64,000 nt of DNA from Octopus vulgaris. Its lineage: Eukaryota. The stretch spans positions 69,936,001-70,000,000 of the forward strand of contig OX597817.1 of the NCBI GenBank assembly GCA_951406725.2, in the 5' to 3' direction. A program made the position numbers and the translations under genes. A model generated the notes under the pieces. That model saw only the letters and a list, made by a program, of their open reading frames with translations, was not told the origin of the DNA and searched no databases. Below, in pieces: positions 62,267 to 64,000 of this stretch; positions within the stretch are counted from its first letter, which is position 1, and every line of letters begins with the position of its first letter.

Positions 62267-62542
62267 CGAGAGAGTGTGTCTGTGCGTGTGTGTGTGTTTC
62301 TGTGTGTGTGTATGTGTATGTAACAACTCGGTGTTGTTATGAGTGCTTCCACTAGCAATCTGGTAATGTAGCATCGTTTCACAGAGGGGAAGAGTAAGAA
62401 AGAGAGAGAAATAGATATGGAGGGAGAGGGAGTGAGTGAGTGTGTGTGTATGTGTGCGTGTGTATGTATGTGTATGACAACTCGGTGTTATTATAAGTGC
62501 TCCGCTCGCAATCATAGTTCATTACTTCTGGTAATGTAGCAA
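62240..62542. repeat. Diverged local tandem duplication
   Basis: acaactcggtgtt.ttat.agtgct...gcaatc...ctggtaatgtagca occurs twice, each after GA/TG repeats. Confidence 0.7.
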
Positions 62543-62639
62543 ACGGGAATTTGTGAAAATATCGCATCTCAAATATTGGCTTCCAATTTAATATCAGAAA
62601 AATTACTTCCTAAAAGTTACTAACTCTACATATATATAT

Positions 62640-62990
62640 ATGGACGGTACTGAGTTATCAATCATTTAAACCAAATTTTCTCAAAACAACCTGTCCGACT
62701 GCCCCATGGGCCTCCATTTTGAGAAACACCGATTTAACCTAAATTTGAGATACCAGCAAAAGAAAAAATAAAGATAGACTTTGTATCTATTCCAAAGAAA
62801 AACGATTTTATTCACTTTATCAGTCGCATTCTCTCCTGGAATCGATGTTTGTGATTTTTTCAAGATTTATACACGCCCTGATACCGTTGGTATCTACATA
62901 TCAAATTTCAGCGCAATCGGATGGAGGATGCCCGAGATCCTAGAAGACACACACACACATACAGACAGTACGGATTTTATATAATAGATA
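62640..62990 (+). mobile_element. Non-autonomous Helitron/Helentron-like (DINE/HINE-type) 3' end
   Basis: caaatttcagcgcaatcgg...(CA)n-cagacag...ttttatataatagat, the typical layout of such elements. Confidence 0.5.
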
Positions 62991-62999
62991 TATAATTCA

Positions 63000-63430
63000 A
63001 ATTACGTTGAAAGTTAACAAAGTTTGCTTTAGAAGCGTTGAGATGTATTGAAAGATACAGATATGGAAATAATTTTATTTTCAAACGCAGGATAATGCTA
63101 ATAATAGGACAATAATAACAGGACAAACTATCCATATTTTGCAGAAAAATCTGTCGACGGCTAGCCATGAGACTCGAACTCACATTCCTGTGATTATGAG
63201 TCAAGTGCTTTACCATTAAGTTAAACTGACCCAACGACAAATTCTTATGTGAATTTAGGATAAATAAATCTAGCTTTATATTGACGCGTAATCACAGAGA
63301 TGTGAGTTCGAGTCTCATGGCTGGCCGCCGACAGATGATTCTGCAAAATATTGGTAGATTATCCTGTTCATGCTATATTATTAACATTATCCTGCGTTTG
63401 AGAATAAAATCATTTCCTTATCTGAATCTT
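63000..63430. mobile_element. Inverted pair of a fourth tRNA-derived repeat; tRNA-like unit at 63159-63231(-)
   Basis: 73-nt unit with A-box-like TAACTTAATGG, anticodon arm ttga-CTCATAA-tca and GTTCGAGTC. Arms 63063-63203 and 63281-63417. Confidence 0.65.
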
Positions 63431-63462
<32 letters not shown>

Positions 63463-63877
63463 TGTATGTATGTATGTATGTATGTATGTATGTATGTATG
63501 TATGTATGTATGTATGTATGTATGTACGTATGTATGTATGTACGTACGTACGTATGTATGTATGTATGTATGTATGTATGTATAATCATTTCGCTTAGGC
63601 ATAGCGGTACTAATAATCAGTTGTTAGAACTCGATATACATATGCGTTAGAATAACGTGTTAAGCGAGTACAGGGGGTAATATTAATTATCCAAGGACAA
63701 AGGAACAGAAATTATGGCATCAACTTCATTAGCTAAAAACTGTTTCTACTATAAGAAGCAGTGTTTGGTCAGCGTCTTGTAACTTCTTCGCAGCTATTAA
63801 AAAGAATTTTATTTTGGAAAGAATTTGAATCTTCTATCTATCTATCTATCTAGCTATCTATCTATCTATCTATCTAG

Positions 63878-63945
<68 letters not shown>

Positions 63946-64000
63946 TAATATCGAACGGTGAGATTGAGTGCTCAATGCCGCATTGGTGAATGAATATAAT

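Overview
This is AT-rich, microsatellite-saturated animal DNA. The SINE and repeat repertoire points to an octopus or other coleoid cephalopod (inference), and the window is intergenic or intronic. No intact host gene is supported: nearly all long ORFs in the track are translations of (TA)n/(CA)n tracts, and there is a 100-N gap at 25211-25310. The window is a mosaic of tRNA-derived SINEs (at least four families) and decayed retroelements: Penelope-like elements (PLEs, including a near full-length but frameshifted copy at about 40.6-43.5 kb), CR1, R4/Dong and a probable L1/Tx1 relic. It also holds DNA-transposon relics (hAT, maT/mariner, MITEs, a Helitron-like end). The most striking hidden layer is RNA-structural. 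About a dozen type I hammerhead ribozyme (HHR) motifs from several unrelated sequence families occur here. The best are at 56022-56116(-), 48581-48672(-), 57751-57808(+), 35425-35459(+) and 1043-1080(-), and nearly all have a palindromic, dimer-type stem III. They sit in 200-550 bp non-coding cassettes, often arranged as fold-backs, and are embedded in (TA)n microsatellites. All calls were made by eye and none was verified computationally.
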